The notes under the pieces: model-generated | The model's input: only the letters and a program-made list of their open reading frames with translations | Databases searched by the model: none | Told to the model about the DNA's origin: nothing | From: Psammoneis japonica | Taxonomy: Eukaryota | Assembly (NCBI GenBank): GCA_008632985.1 | Contig: QPGO01000036.1 | Span: 248,001-312,000 of the forward strand | Reading direction: 5' to 3' | Length of the DNA stretch: 64,000 nt | Shown: one piece after another, positions 26,045 through 38,095 of the stretch | Layout of the letters: each line of letters begins with the position of its first letter | Numbering within the stretch: the first letter of the stretch is position 1 | Translations under genes and position numbers: made by a program

Positions 26045-26220
26045 GCGTGCGTGGAATCACACTGGAACACTCGGCAATGGCAATGACCACATGGATTTGG
26101 TGTCTTTTGTACGTGCGTGAAGTCACACTGGGACATTTGGCACTGTCACATGCACTTGTAGATTTGGTGTCTTTTGCACTTGCGTGAAGTCACACTGGGA
26201 CATTGGGTGCTGTCACATGC
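26045..26220 (+). repeat. Degenerate tandem repeat, about 70-bp unit, 2.5 copies
   Basis: gcgtgaagtcacactgggacat...gatttggtgtcttttg repeated. Copies differ by gtac/gcac and ca/tg swaps. Confidence 0.75.
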
Positions 26221-26506
26221 CCCAGCAGAATTGGCGCACAGTTCTACGATGCGCAGAAAGCAACCAGAACACTGGGCACTTCCAAAATCACCAGTGGAAT
26301 TGGCACAAGTTGCACATGTGGAAGAAGACACTAGCTGGCTGCTCTCTAGCTGGCTGGAGAGGACATTCTGTGAGCGTTGCCTTTGTGTGTGGATTTTGCA
26401 CTCACTTTTTTCAAACACAGGCCAAACAGAATGATCATCATCAGCCAACAACGGCAAGCAACTGCATTGCTCAATCCACTTGTAAACGTGCACAACAAGC
26501 AATCCG

Positions 26507-27928
26507 ATGAGTTCTCCGCATTACAGTCAGAAGAAGCATCGAGTTGATGACATTTTCAGCCCTGTTTGCAGCCCCCGCATCATGCAAACAACGACTCCAG
26601 CGCGTTTTGCTAACAACTGCATGCCGACTGGCACTGCTGCTGGTGCGATTGGATCTTTCCCAGCATCGCTTTCCTCCAATCACACTGCTTTCAATGCTTC
26701 ATCTATTTTTGGTCCTTCACCTGTTTGCGGCACTCCTGCCGCCACACCCCCCACCAACGTCTGTGTTTTAGCTCGCAGCAACGTGAACCAAGAACCTCCC
26801 GAAGACATGGAGCTGGACGACGATGACACGCTGCTCGATGCATTGGCAGAAAGCTTTGCACCTGCCAAAGGAACAATTTATGATGTCAGGAATCCCCATG
26901 ATGCAATCCCGCCATTGTTCCGAAGTCTGCCAAGTTCTCACAGTGTCATCGTGGAAGAATCACAGGAAAAGTTGGAAAAGATCGAAAAGCTGCTAGCGTC
27001 AAAGAAGGAAATGGAAGAATCCAGGAAGAAGCAGCGAGAAAACACATGTGAGGAAAAGTGCAGACTTGAAGATGAACCAGCCAAAGCTGAAGCCACATTC
27101 GAGAAAAAGAAGAAAGAGTTCAAAAAAGCAGAATCTCGGCTCAACAGGGAAACAAAGCAAACAAACGAATGTGAAAGGGAGACTGCGGAACTCAGCATGG
27201 CACGCACATGATGTGATCTTTTGTCTGTCTTAAAATGTCCAATCTAACATAAATTGTTTGTCCTCGTTTATGTGGAACAGCAACGTGAGGAAGAGAGGGA
27301 AGTGATCCGCCTGGCAAAAGCCTTCGCTCGCGAATCGAACCGACCTCGTCGTTGGATGGCTGAGGCTACGGTTGACATGAACCGTCTTCGCCAAATGTTG
27401 TGGTCCTCTTTTAATGTCAAAGGCACAAGGGAGCAGCTTGAAGAGGACGAGTTTTCTGGTAGAAGGCTTCAGATGATCTTGCGCATTTGTCGGATTTTCG
27501 GTTTGGATCACAACGGAGGGTGGAGAGATCAATGGAAGAATCCTCCTCATTCTCTCTTTCTACGACACATGCCATCGGCCCCCAGCATGCCTGACAATTC
27601 TGGTGCAACAAAGAAAAAACTGGCAGAGCAAGTTGGAGATGTGCCATTGATGCCGCTGCGAGAAAGAGACATTCTGAAGGAGCCGGTCTCGGCGTCGACC
27701 TCGACCTCAACGTCTGCAACTCAAGGAAACTCTGCATTGGCTACAACCTCAGCTTCAGGCCAAGACAACTCCTCCGACCAACACAAGGACATGTGTTCTG
27801 GCTTGTCGCTAGAAGAATTGGAAGCGGCGTTGAAGGTGTGCTGCAAGGGAGGCATCCCCACAGCGGATGTCGAGCGCACTGTCGAGCTTGCAAGAAAAAC
27901 TCGGCCGACCGACCTTAGAGTTATTTGA
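26507..27928 (+). pseudogene. Unidentified coiled-coil protein gene or TE ORF, only partly mutated
   Basis: ORFs 26507-27211 and 27254-27928 read like real protein (EEK-rich coil, GGWRDQWKNPP) with a probable decayed intron between them. Confidence 0.45.
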
Positions 27929-28399
27929 CTCGTCTGTTCTGTGTTGGTTTGTTCGTTCGTTCGTTTGTTCCATCTCCACCAAAAAGACCAAAAGACTGCC
28001 ATGTGCCGGCACAACCTTCGTTGGGTGTGTTGATTCTTAAATGGTTCAACATGGTCCAAAATCAAACACGATCGAGGCATTGGCTGCTTCTTCTGCAGTT
28101 TCTAAAACAGTGCGTGGATTTCTTTGATTCAACCTTTCCTCAATTCGACAATGTCACAACCCAAACCGAGTGCAACCCAAACTGGCACTGCATTCTCTCA
28201 CTGACCGTTGGCCCATGAAGAAAAAGACGGACACTTGGAAGCAATCACACGCCAGTTTGTCCTCCAATGACATCTTGGCGCTGCAATGCTCTGTACAGCA
28301 GAGAAGGAAAAGAACCCATTTGTTAGATCCCGACGAGACTTTGATTTTGCTGTGCCAATGAATGGCGTCATCTCATGGCGGACATTCTCTCATCATTCT

Positions 28400-30600
28400 T
28401 TTCATTCCTCCATCATGTCGATTTCGTCATCTTCATCTTGTTCATCGTTCCCCAACTTGAACGTTGACGATTGTTGGTTTTCACCTGTGGCATGTGTCAT
28501 GACTTGGTCCCAGAAATGTGCTGCACCTTTGCTCCAAAACTTTGTGTGCTGTGCCGGCAGTTTCACAGGATTGAAAGACGAAAGTCGAGAACATCCGTTT
28601 CAAAGCCATTCCCGTCCATGCGAGTTCACACTTGTTGTCCGGATTAAACTTGCGACTTGTCGTTTCACCATCTTCATTGTCTTTGTCTTGTTCCTCCAGC
28701 TGTTCGAGCCCTTCTCCAGTCCAATTCATTTGGACCATCATGAGTCGAGTGCATCGCTTGATGCTTTGGGCCCACCCTCGCAGATGGCACATGCCAGTGA
28801 TGGGCTTTTGCATTCCAAGACTTCACCTGTGATGTAGTTTTGCTGAGCATTCAAACCAACCTTGGTGTGATGGCATGTGTGACCCATGTCTTTGACGCAA
28901 AAAATCGCCACAGATGCCGACTGGGACGCATCTTCTGTGAGCTTGTTAAATTTCTTTTCCCTTCGTTGTTCCTTGGTGAGTTTATGTTCCCAATTGCTCT
29001 GCATGTGTGCCCGTTGTCTCGCTTGGATTTGCTCCACGACCTTTTGTTCCGTTTGACTTGGATCTAACACTGCTTGGTCTCCCAGAACTTGGGTGAAATT
29101 CTTGAGAGTCAAGCGAGGCTCTGGCGCTGGAATGAGTCCTGCCGCTTGCGCATCTTGAATCTTACGCTGCTTCTCCTCCCGTCGCTTTTTGCGATGTCAC
29201 TTCAGTTCCCGCTTGGTCAGGTGCAGGGTCAGCTGTTTTGCTGGGCCATCCACAGCACCTGGTGGCTTGATGGGTGCAATGTGTTGAACCAAGGTGCATG
29301 TCTTCGAGTGCGACAGTGACGCCTGATCCCAACACTGCTTGTCCAGTTGCTGTGGCTTGTTTTCTTCTACTTTTGACTTGTCTTCGTGTTCTGCATTGTT
29401 GCCAGCGTCTGGTTGTTGCAATTGTGCTTGCGTCTGCTTCGACAAGGCTGCTCCTTCTTGCGCAGCTACGGCCTTTTTCAATCTGCTGGGCAAGAGCTCC
29501 ATGTCCCACCACTCCATCACTGGTGGCATGTGGGTCTTGTCTGAAGCTTCTGCCCGGGGCGGCAAGGATGTGTCTTGCTGCGTCCCTGTCGTTCCACACA
29601 CACTGGCCATGCCCGTTGATTCCACATGCATTCCTGCTTTGCATCCGCTGACAAATCCAGATTGAGTTGCGTTCGCAGCACGCTGTCGCTTCCGCTCTGC
29701 CAATTCAACAAAGGCACCGGGCTCCACAAACACCATGGCCTTGTGCTGCTTCCGTGGTTTGCTTGCGTGCACCAGTCTTTCATTGACGTCTTCCTGCGGA
29801 GTGCCACTTGTCGTTGCCAATTTCTTTTGATTCTTTGCCGATTTAGTCGCTTGTTTCTCTTCCTCTTCTTCCTCTTGATGAGCCAAGCAAGGATTGGATG
29901 GTTTTTCCTTTTCTGTGGCTTCAATGTTGGCTTGGTGGTGGCAAAAGTTGGACCTGCAGTCGACATGTCTAGCTCACAGTGCTTGGCTCATTTCACTGGT
30001 GGCTGAGCAACATCATCATTGGTGTGCTTGGGCGGAGCCATTCCGGCTGACTGACCCTTTGAGCTGCCAATTTAGCCATGATGCTTTCTTGCAGTGCCAG
30101 AGCTTTGGTCTTTGGGTCTGCCGCAGCCGCAGCAGTTTTAGAAGCATGCACCTCATCATTTGCATTTTCACCGGGTGACGACACTTTCGTGATTGAGGGC
30201 AAAAAAGAAGAGAACGTGGAAGATCTCTTCTTGTCGACCCAATTCAGCCAGGGAAGGGGCTCGCATCCATCATTCACCTGTTTTTCCTTGTTCTTTCGCA
30301 GCCGCAGCAGTTTTAGAAGCATGCACCTCATTGTTTGCATTTTCACCAGGTGATGACACTTTCGTGATTGAGGGCAAAACAGAAGAGAACGTGGAAGATC
30401 TCTTCTTGTCGACCCAATTCGGCCAGGGAAGGGGCTCGCATCCATCACTCACCTGTTTTTCCTCGTTCTTTGGTGTTTTGAACTGTCTTGTACATTGAGT
30501 CTTGGGATCCTTCCTCTTGAGATGACGAGATGGTTGTGCCATCCTTGGCTTTCCTCTTTTTTACTTGAGTCTGGTCCCATGTCCCATCTCGAATGCAGGA
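28400..30600 (-). pseudogene. PRP3: Inactivated copy of U4/U6 snRNP splicing factor Prp3
   Basis: Motifs PPVMEWWD, QHIAPIKPP, LTLHLTKRELK*HRKKRREEKQ...AAGLIPAPEPRLTLKNF, AVLDPSQTEQKV, KLTKEQRREKK, LNAQQN, EGGPK, IKRCTRLM, NKCELAWTG. In-frame TGA at 29197-29199 plus frameshifts. Confidence 0.85.
30121..30465. repeat. Tandem duplication of about 176 bp in the 5' part of the PRP3 relic
   Basis: cgcagccgcagcagttttagaagcatgcacctcat...gggaaggggctcgcatccatca occurs twice. Confidence 0.9.
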
Positions 30601-30899
30601 AATCTCTGAAAAGCCATCAGAGCAGGTTCTTGAATTTTCCCGACCCCTCCTCCCCACCCCAAACTCCCCACGGCCAGATGCAGGGTCAGTGCATTGTGCA
30701 TTCTTCAGATTTGTCAGGTCCTGAAGATTTCAAACGACATTGTCATCACCTGACATTTTCAGAATTTTGTGAAAGCATCATTCGCATCACATGTAAGACT
30801 TGCTGTGCTTGAATGCCACACTGTTGCTTGATTGCATGCAGTCAACATGCGGTCTGTCAATCGCAGCCAAAATTTAAAAATTGCACTGGAAGTGTGGGT

Positions 30900-32860
30900 T
30901 AGCCGGCACTGGTGTTGCTGGGCAAAGGTGTGACAGCACTTAAAAACCAGGTTTGGTTTTTTTCTGTTCCCCAGCCATGTCTTTCACACTGCCAAGAGAA
31001 GCTGTTGTGTGGCAAATTGCAGCCATTTTGGCTGTTGGCAGCATTCACAAACTTTGTCTTTTGTGTCAAGAACATTTCCCCCTTTTTGAAGAAGAAGGCC
31101 AAAAGGCTTGTGGCACATTTTTTGGAAAGGAAAGATGAGCAAGAAGGGCACTCCAGACTTCCCAAAGCACCTGTGGAAAGGCTAGAAGGACACTTGCAAG
31201 TGTTTTGAAAAGAAGGAAAACATTGACAATGAGGCTTCAGCAACGTTGAGTTTGTCAACATTTTTCATGCTCCTTCTGGTGTGAAACTGTGCTGCCCTGA
31301 TTCTGCAGTCAAAGATGGCAAGGATGGTTTGCTTCAATGGTCTTGTGAAAGACCAGGTCTTGTTTGGGGTGCAAAGGCTGCTGAGAATGAAAGAGATCAC
31401 TCCATCCATTCGCGCAAGGAGACAAACAAGTCAGAGACAAAGAAGCAGGTGAAGGACAAGAAGGAGCTGGTGCCCGCAGACCACAAGCCATCAGCAGAGA
31501 AAAAAGCTTTGCCAGAAGGGAAAATTGGAGTGCTGTGTGCCATGGCTGAGGAAAGCGATGATGTGGTGCAGGTTGGGTGCATGAAAAAACAGCATTCTCG
31601 TTTTCTTGTTGAGCCAGGCAAAAGGGCGGTCTCAGAGCACAATGAACCATTGCACAAACACTTGGATCATGAAGTTTGACATGAAGTCACTGATCACTGC
31701 AAATGTGAGGAAGGAGCAGCCTCAGCACTCAAGCATGGAAATGAAAATTTGAGGGTGACAAAGGTTGGGAAAACTGAAGAAGCGAGTTCATTGAGCTCAA
31801 GCAGCTCCATTCCCACGCTTCTGTTTCCATCTCACACACTCATCTCAGTCTTTCAACTTGGATGTGGCTCATGTTCAGACAATGGGGGAGGTGATTGGCC
31901 TTGGTTGTGGGTTGCACAATGTGCGCAAGAATCAAGGGGCAGCCGCACTTGACAGGCAGATGGGCACCTGTTTGACAAAGGTTGATGGTTTCACTTGTCA
32001 GCCACAAAGTGACCTCCTTGTTGCAGGTCCTGGTGACAAGGCAAAGTTCCAACACGGTCGCAGCAAGCACTGTCAAGATGTGCCAGCCTGGGCTGCAGCA
32101 GCAACTCTCCAAGCTGATTTGACAAATTTGGCCACTGGCAAAGCTGCGACATTTGACCGACAGCTTGTCAAAGTTTTGGCCAAGGTCATGCACTGTGAAC
32201 CAACCAAAGTCTGTCTCAGGGGCGTGCTGACCATGGCAGCTGTTTGCAGCATCAGTTTCTTCAGCTCAGACTGTGCAAATGTGCAAACGACACATTTGAG
32301 AAGGTGACAAGGAGATGATGGCCCAAGATGAAAAAGAAGGAAAGCTGCCAAGCAAGCAAGAGAAATGCCATCTGTTGGCGCATGGTTTGACAAATTCAGA
32401 CAGATGGGTGTCCCTGCTGGCTGCTTCTGTGAGTTCATTGGCAACATCAATTTGCGCCAATTTGGAGAGCATGTGCAGTTGCACTTGCCACTCCCAGAAT
32501 TGGGCAAGGAGGCAGCCAGGATCATTGCTGACCACATGACCTTGCCACTGGCGGCAGCAGGCAATGTCTGACACCATGCCACCAGCGGCTCTTCAGTTCT
32601 TGAAGAAGATGGACTTGTGTGCTGCATCATCCCCAAAAAGGGTGCAGCACTTGTGCAGGGCAAGGCAGGCAGATCAAATGGGAGGAGCAGCTTTTGAAGT
32701 GCAACAGTGGCTTGAAGGCAATTGAGAACAACAACAAGAGAGCCAAGTGGGCTGAGCGAGATCAGCGCAGCAGCTGGCGAGGCATTGGACAAATCAAATC
32801 ATCACTTCTGGCATTCCTGTCATCAATTTTCTCTGACGCTGTTTTCATGCTTTTGCCCTG
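30900..32860 (+). pseudogene. Degraded unidentified coding relic
   Basis: Successive protein-like plus-strand ORF pieces (31281-31679, 31858-32307, 32365-32571) with no Tyr. I recognise no family. Confidence 0.35.
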
Positions 32861-33756
32861 ATGGTGCAAATGTCAATCAAGCTCCAAGAACCTGAGCAAC
32901 AAAAATCAACACAGTGTTTCTGCACATTGTGGGAATGTGCAGAGCCCCCACGAAGCTGTTTTCCCGCCAAGGTCAGGCCGATTTCAAGCTCATCTCAAAA
33001 CACAGCAGGTGACGTGCCGCACAACACAGCCACTGTCAAATCTCTTGGTGCATCTTGAGCCTCTCTCTGGGGGATCTCAGTTCTCCGTGTCCATGCCAGC
33101 ATTGTCTTTGTTTGTTTCGTGCTTCTGCTTCTGGATGTTTCTCAACTCTTGCCCACGTGCACACTCGATGCATGCAGCAGCTGTTGCGGCAGTCAACAGG
33201 AATCATTTGAAAATGCCGCATCAGTCATGATTGACATTTTGCACAAAGAAAAATGCAAAATCATGCAGAAATGCACACACAATGTGATTCAAGACAGTGG
33301 CTGAAATTCTGTGCAATGACTTGGAGAGCTGCGACCACTGTTCCTCCCACTCAGCTGTGAGAACGGCGAGCATGTTTGTCCGCGTGAAAATGTTCGGGTG
33401 TGCTAAATCAAACAGCAACCGGGAATTAGGAACTTTCTGTTCTCCTCCAATTTTTGAATGCATCACACCATCACTGCCACCCGAGAATAAAACCCCGGTT
33501 GTTGTTGTTTGTATTGTCATTGTTTCTGAATGTTTGCAAATCACGTGGTCAGTGCCCCCCCCCCCGAAGTGGGGTACCTGGTGTCGTACGCCGTTGATGC
33601 ACTGCGCACTGCGCCGGCACGGTGCTGGCGGCTGCTGGCTGCGCTGCGTTGCAATTTGCTACGGTACCGGTATTCCCAAGCCTATTTTCTAGCGTCCTCC
33701 TCTTTGTATCTTTATTCATACGCCATCAGGAAGCCTACGCTCTGCCTGAGACGGAA

Positions 33757-35531
33757 ATGCCATCATCTTCTTCTGATTTGAAGAACACTGCTGATTTGAA
33801 TAATCATTACGGTACAAGCAACTTGAAAGAAGACAAAAAAGTCACAGTCAACGGTGGCGACTCGGAGGAGAAGCGAGTTTATCCCCTCAACATGGATCTA
33901 GGTGACGTCGTATCTCAAGAACCCCTGCGCAATCACTCGTTGAGCGAATCGTTTGATGATCAAGATGACAGCATTGTCATACCTCATCATCACACTCGGC
34001 GACACGAATTGTTCAAGACGATTGCAGGCGTTGCGGGTAACGTATTGGAATGGTGAGGAGTGCAGGGGACTCCTTGTCTCTTTTTTCTTACTTTTCTCAC
34101 CTTACTCATTTTCGACGCTTGTGCATCAGGTACGACTTTGCTGTGTTTGGATTCTTTGGTGACATTATCGCAGACGTCTTCTTTCCGCCACAAAATGGCC
34201 ACGCAGCAATTGTGGAGAGTTTTGCAATTTTTGGTGGTGCTTTCTTGATGCGGCCTGTAGGAGGAATGATGATGGGCTACATTGGGGACGTTTATGGACG
34301 TAAGCGGGCCTTGGAGCTATCCATATTTCTCATGGCGGTACCTACCTTTTGCATGGGATGCCTTCCATCCTATGATCAAGTTGGATGGATTTCACCAGTT
34401 CTCTTGACCGTCGTTCGACTCCTGCAGGGCTTATCCGTGGGCGGACAGCTCATGTCGTCTCTTGTCTTTACTCTAGAGGGTCATCCACCCTCAAAATGGG
34501 GATTGTACGGATCCTACGTCATGGCATCTGCAAACTTGGGAACACTCTTGGGCGGTATCATTGGTTTCGTTCTGAGAGCGTTGTTGAACCAGTCGCAGTT
34601 AGAAACATGGGGTTGGCGCATTCCCTTTCTGTCCGGGATTCTGGTGAGCATCTCCGGAATATACCTCAAGTATTATTGCGACTCGGACGACGAAATCCAC
34701 GCAGAGGTACCGGGGGAACAGCCTGTAAATCCTATCCGACAAGCTTTTGCAAAAGAAAATCGACGTTCTCTGTTAGCGGCTTCATTGGTTCCAATGCTAT
34801 GGTCAGCAGGGTTCTACCTTACTTTTGTATGGATGGCAATCTTTATGAACACGCTGGTCCACCCTCAAGTGCCAAATGCGCTTGCGGTGAATTCGTCGGC
34901 ACTCTTTGTCAGCGTATGCTTGCTCTTTCCTGTTGCTGGCATCTTGTCAGACAGGTACGGCCGCAAGTTTATAATGGCCACTGGAGGATTAAGCATGGGG
35001 ATTTTCAGTCCGTTTCTGGTTTTCATCATTGGAACGGCGGGCAGTGGCGTTACTGCCTTTTTTGCTCAATCTCTGTTGGGTATCGCTCTGAGTTTCTGGG
35101 GTGCTCCCATGTGTGCGTGGCTCGTGGAGGCCTTTCCTCCCGCGGCGCGACTGACGTCGGTAGCGATTGGATATAACTTGGCCCAAGCCACAATTGGAGG
35201 TTTGACTCCATCGCTCGCCACCATTATGGTCGATAGAATTGGTGTAAACAGTCCCGGAATTCTGCTAACCGCATTGGCGACTTTGTCACTTATCGGTCTA
35301 CTCTGTGTTGCACCACCACCTCCACCACTAGTCGGCGAAGAACTTGTGGCTTCAGATGGAGGAAATTCAAGCAGACCGATAGTTACGAGTGATGGTTACG
35401 CATTGCCACCCGGAGAATTGGACGGAGAGACACAAGGAAGCAATGTCGAGGAACAGGATGAGGAACAATACGATAGCACGGTCGAATCAGAACCAGACAA
35501 CGGAACCTTCCACGAGCACGAGATCACATAA
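33757..35531 (+). CDS. MFS transporter, ProP/MHS (proline-betaine-like) family; intron 34053-34129
   Basis: GNVLEW|YDFAVFG, FLMRPVGG...GDVYGRK, RLLQGLSVGG, WGWRIPFL, SDRYGRK. Confidence 0.92.
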
Positions 35532-36332
35532 TATGGCGAGAAGAATAATGTGATAAGCTAGCAAAAGCAAGAACACAGTGGTAAGGGAGAGAATCTGCCT
35601 ACTCGGATGACAAAATGTCTCCAACACCGACGAGATGATCGATTGTAGAGCCTCTCCAAGAAACTGGGTGCGACAAGACACAGCAGCGTGCAAAGATTCA
35701 GGAGAAGTAGAGCGTATCCAAGACTGATGCGCCCGCCCACATACAACCTTGGCAGGTAGGCCGGTACTGACTTCCAATCCTTGATACGATAAGATTAATC
35801 CGCTGCTGACGCTGCTCTGTTTTCACCGTTCTTATCCGCAAGTGAATCAGAAGCCCTCGTTTAATCTTCCTAATACGTTCAGCTTTCCTCAGCTTATCAG
35901 AAGAAGGAAAGAGGCTGAGTATCCATTGGAAGATTGAATCATCAGGTGATTCGGAGTCATTGATTCGTGATTATCATCCTTCGGATATCTTCGGATGAGG
36001 TGCTGCTATGCCTTCAATTCGAACGAAAGCAGAATTGAGAATGCGCCTCTTTTTGAGGAAGGCGAAAGGCCAGTCAACTACAGAAGTGTTAACAGCAGAG
36101 TACGAACAATACTACACTGTACTCAACAAGGCTCACATATATCCATGTCTCTAAAAGTTATGCCACACCAACGAAATCCTACCGACTCCTCGTCCATCGC
36201 TGGCTGGTCCAATAAGACTCAATGAATACTTCTAAAAGGACGTCAATCTCCGGACAAGATCTCGAGGATCGATCGTGCTTGTATCCATATCCGTAGAAGG
36301 TCCTGAGCTCCCGCTAAGCGAAGAGGCGGCGC

Positions 36333-36824
36333 TTACTCGACAAGGATGAGGCTGACCTGGCAGTCAGATACGCCATGAAACTTGCTGTTGGAGCCCGTGG
36401 CGAGCTTGTTGCACAAGAGCGCTGCCACCACGGCATCGTCGAGCTGACGGCGCTGCTCTTCTCCTCCCTTGAGGCCACGGCGACCCCCACCACACAAGTA
36501 GCATTGTCCTCCGACCTGAACGACACCGGCCCAGCCTCCACTGTTAGGAAGCTTGCGCTCTCCATTCTCTTTGAGAGCACGGCGGTTAACGAGATCAAGG
36601 TCGCTCACCACAGCAACCTCGGCGGTAAAGTCACCGCCGGTATGAGCCTCGTTGTATGCGTCCTTGACGGTCATGTCGAGGTAGAGGGTGTCAGAGGCGG
36701 TGAGTTCCGCATCGGTCTCGCTGACCATGAAGATGCTTCCCTCGTACATGGCGAAGTTGGCCGAGACGGCGTTGGGAGTAGCCAAGGCAAGGGCGGCGAT
36801 GGAGAAGATGGTAGAGAGCTTCAT
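36333..36824 (-). CDS. Small secreted hypothetical protein
   Basis: 163-aa ORF with signal peptide MKLSTIFSIAALALA, strongly biased codons and RRAL/RRGL motifs. Confidence 0.75.
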   Translation of the reverse strand: MKLSTIFSIAALALATPNAVSANFAMYEGSIFMVSETDAELTASDTLYLDMTVKDAYNEAHTGGDFTAEVAVVSDLDLVNRRALKENGERKLPNSGGWAGVVQVGGQCYLCGGGRRGLKGGEEQRRQLDDAVVAALLCNKLATGSNSKFHGVSDCQVSLILVE

Positions 36825-37580
36825 GGTAAATGCTTGAGGAGTTTGAGTGAGTGAAAGTTTGCAAGTTTCTCGGATTGTGAGAGCGTCGAGGCGGGAAAAG
36901 TGAAGTGCTCTCGAAGTGATCGCATTTTGGTCCTCCTCAAAAAGACCGTGTAGAAAATGAACGGCGCCTGGTACATTTTAAGATTTGCCCCCGTAGACGA
37001 GCACGTCAAAAAACTCCGGTACTCATCCATTTTGGTCGATCATTCTACTCCCGTGCGACCACTTTGTTTAGGAAATTGTGAGCTAGTCAGGGTCCCGTGC
37101 GGGAGTTGCTTTAGGTAGCTGCATGTAAAGGTTGTACTGGACCCTCTTTTAACGCGCGTTGAATGACCATCTTTGTGCTAGTCATTGCCTCTGTGATTGT
37201 CTAATGTACATAAAATTGTGTAGAGAGTTCGACTCCGATGAATGGATCAAAGTGGATCAGAGACCATGGCAAAATACATGGAAAGAAGTGCTCCCGCGCG
37301 GGAGTTGGTCCTCTATTGATCATGGAATCATCTATCTCGTTGAGGTGGCGCGATTATTTTCTGAGCGTTAATCGAGCGAGTCGAAAATTTTTGGTTTTCT
37401 ACCAATCTGTCTGTACTGCGACCGATGAGATCCAATGTCACCACCGCGCGTGCTGTTTTGAATGAGTGACAATGGTGACAATAACCTGAAACCAGCACCC
37501 ACAATATACCCCAAAATGGCATCGCACCTTGCTCGTCTTCTGCTCTACTAGCTACAAATTCTGCCGTATCCGAGTCAAAC

Positions 37581-37934
37581 ATGCCTTGGCCATTTTGTCC
37601 CGGTTGTCGTGCGACGTTAAAGGTAGACAGTTCTGGTTCCATAGAATGCGTTGTTTGTCCATACCGATCAAATCTGGCCAATCTCTCGTCGTTGCCCACC
37701 TCAACAACCATTTCGTCGAATCGACCGGTACCTCTGTGGGCCAAGAGTGACGCGGAACAGGCAGTGCTACGTGCTAATCAAGAACCTACCCGTGCAACTG
37801 TTGAGGAGCCTTGCGTGAAGTGTGGTGCTCTAGAAGTGGGTTTTTACACGGTGCAATTGCGATCCGTCGATGAGGGACAAACTGTATTTCTGGAATGTCC
37901 GAAATGTAAACATACATGGTCCATCAACAATTGA
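37581..37934 (+). CDS. RPA12: RNA polymerase I subunit RPA12
   Basis: Two zinc ribbons (FCPGC...CVVC; CVKC...QLRSVDEGQTVFLECPKC). Confidence 0.92.
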   Translation: MPWPFCPGCRATLKVDSSGSIECVVCPYRSNLANLSSLPTSTTISSNRPVPLWAKSDAEQAVLRANQEPTRATVEEPCVKCGALEVGFYTVQLRSVDEGQTVFLECPKCKHTWSINN

Positions 37935-38095
37935 TCTGAGTCATTGGTAATAAGGGGCTTAGTGGCGAAAACCAAGAAAGCGCTGTATCCTGATCCGTTC
38001 GAAACCAACAGTGCGCTCGAGTCGCTTCACTCTTCGGCCGCAAAATCATCACGGTGGAGTTTTCTGTCTTCTATGGCCTGTTACAGTAATATCGT

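Larger units (their letters stand above)
16088..33581. other. TpA-depleted, repeat/TE-derived hypermutated domain 1
   Basis: I found no TpA between about 16610 and 18246. TG/CA-rich throughout, translations are almost Tyr-free, and nearly all stops are TGA. Composition returns abruptly to normal at about 33575. Confidence 0.9.

Noticed and set aside
16088..33581. Classical fungal RIP or plain CpG deamination as the full explanation
   Set aside because: Both are C-to-T processes. They cannot turn Tyr codons into Cys/His or TTAA into TTGA/TCAA, and RIP raises TpA.
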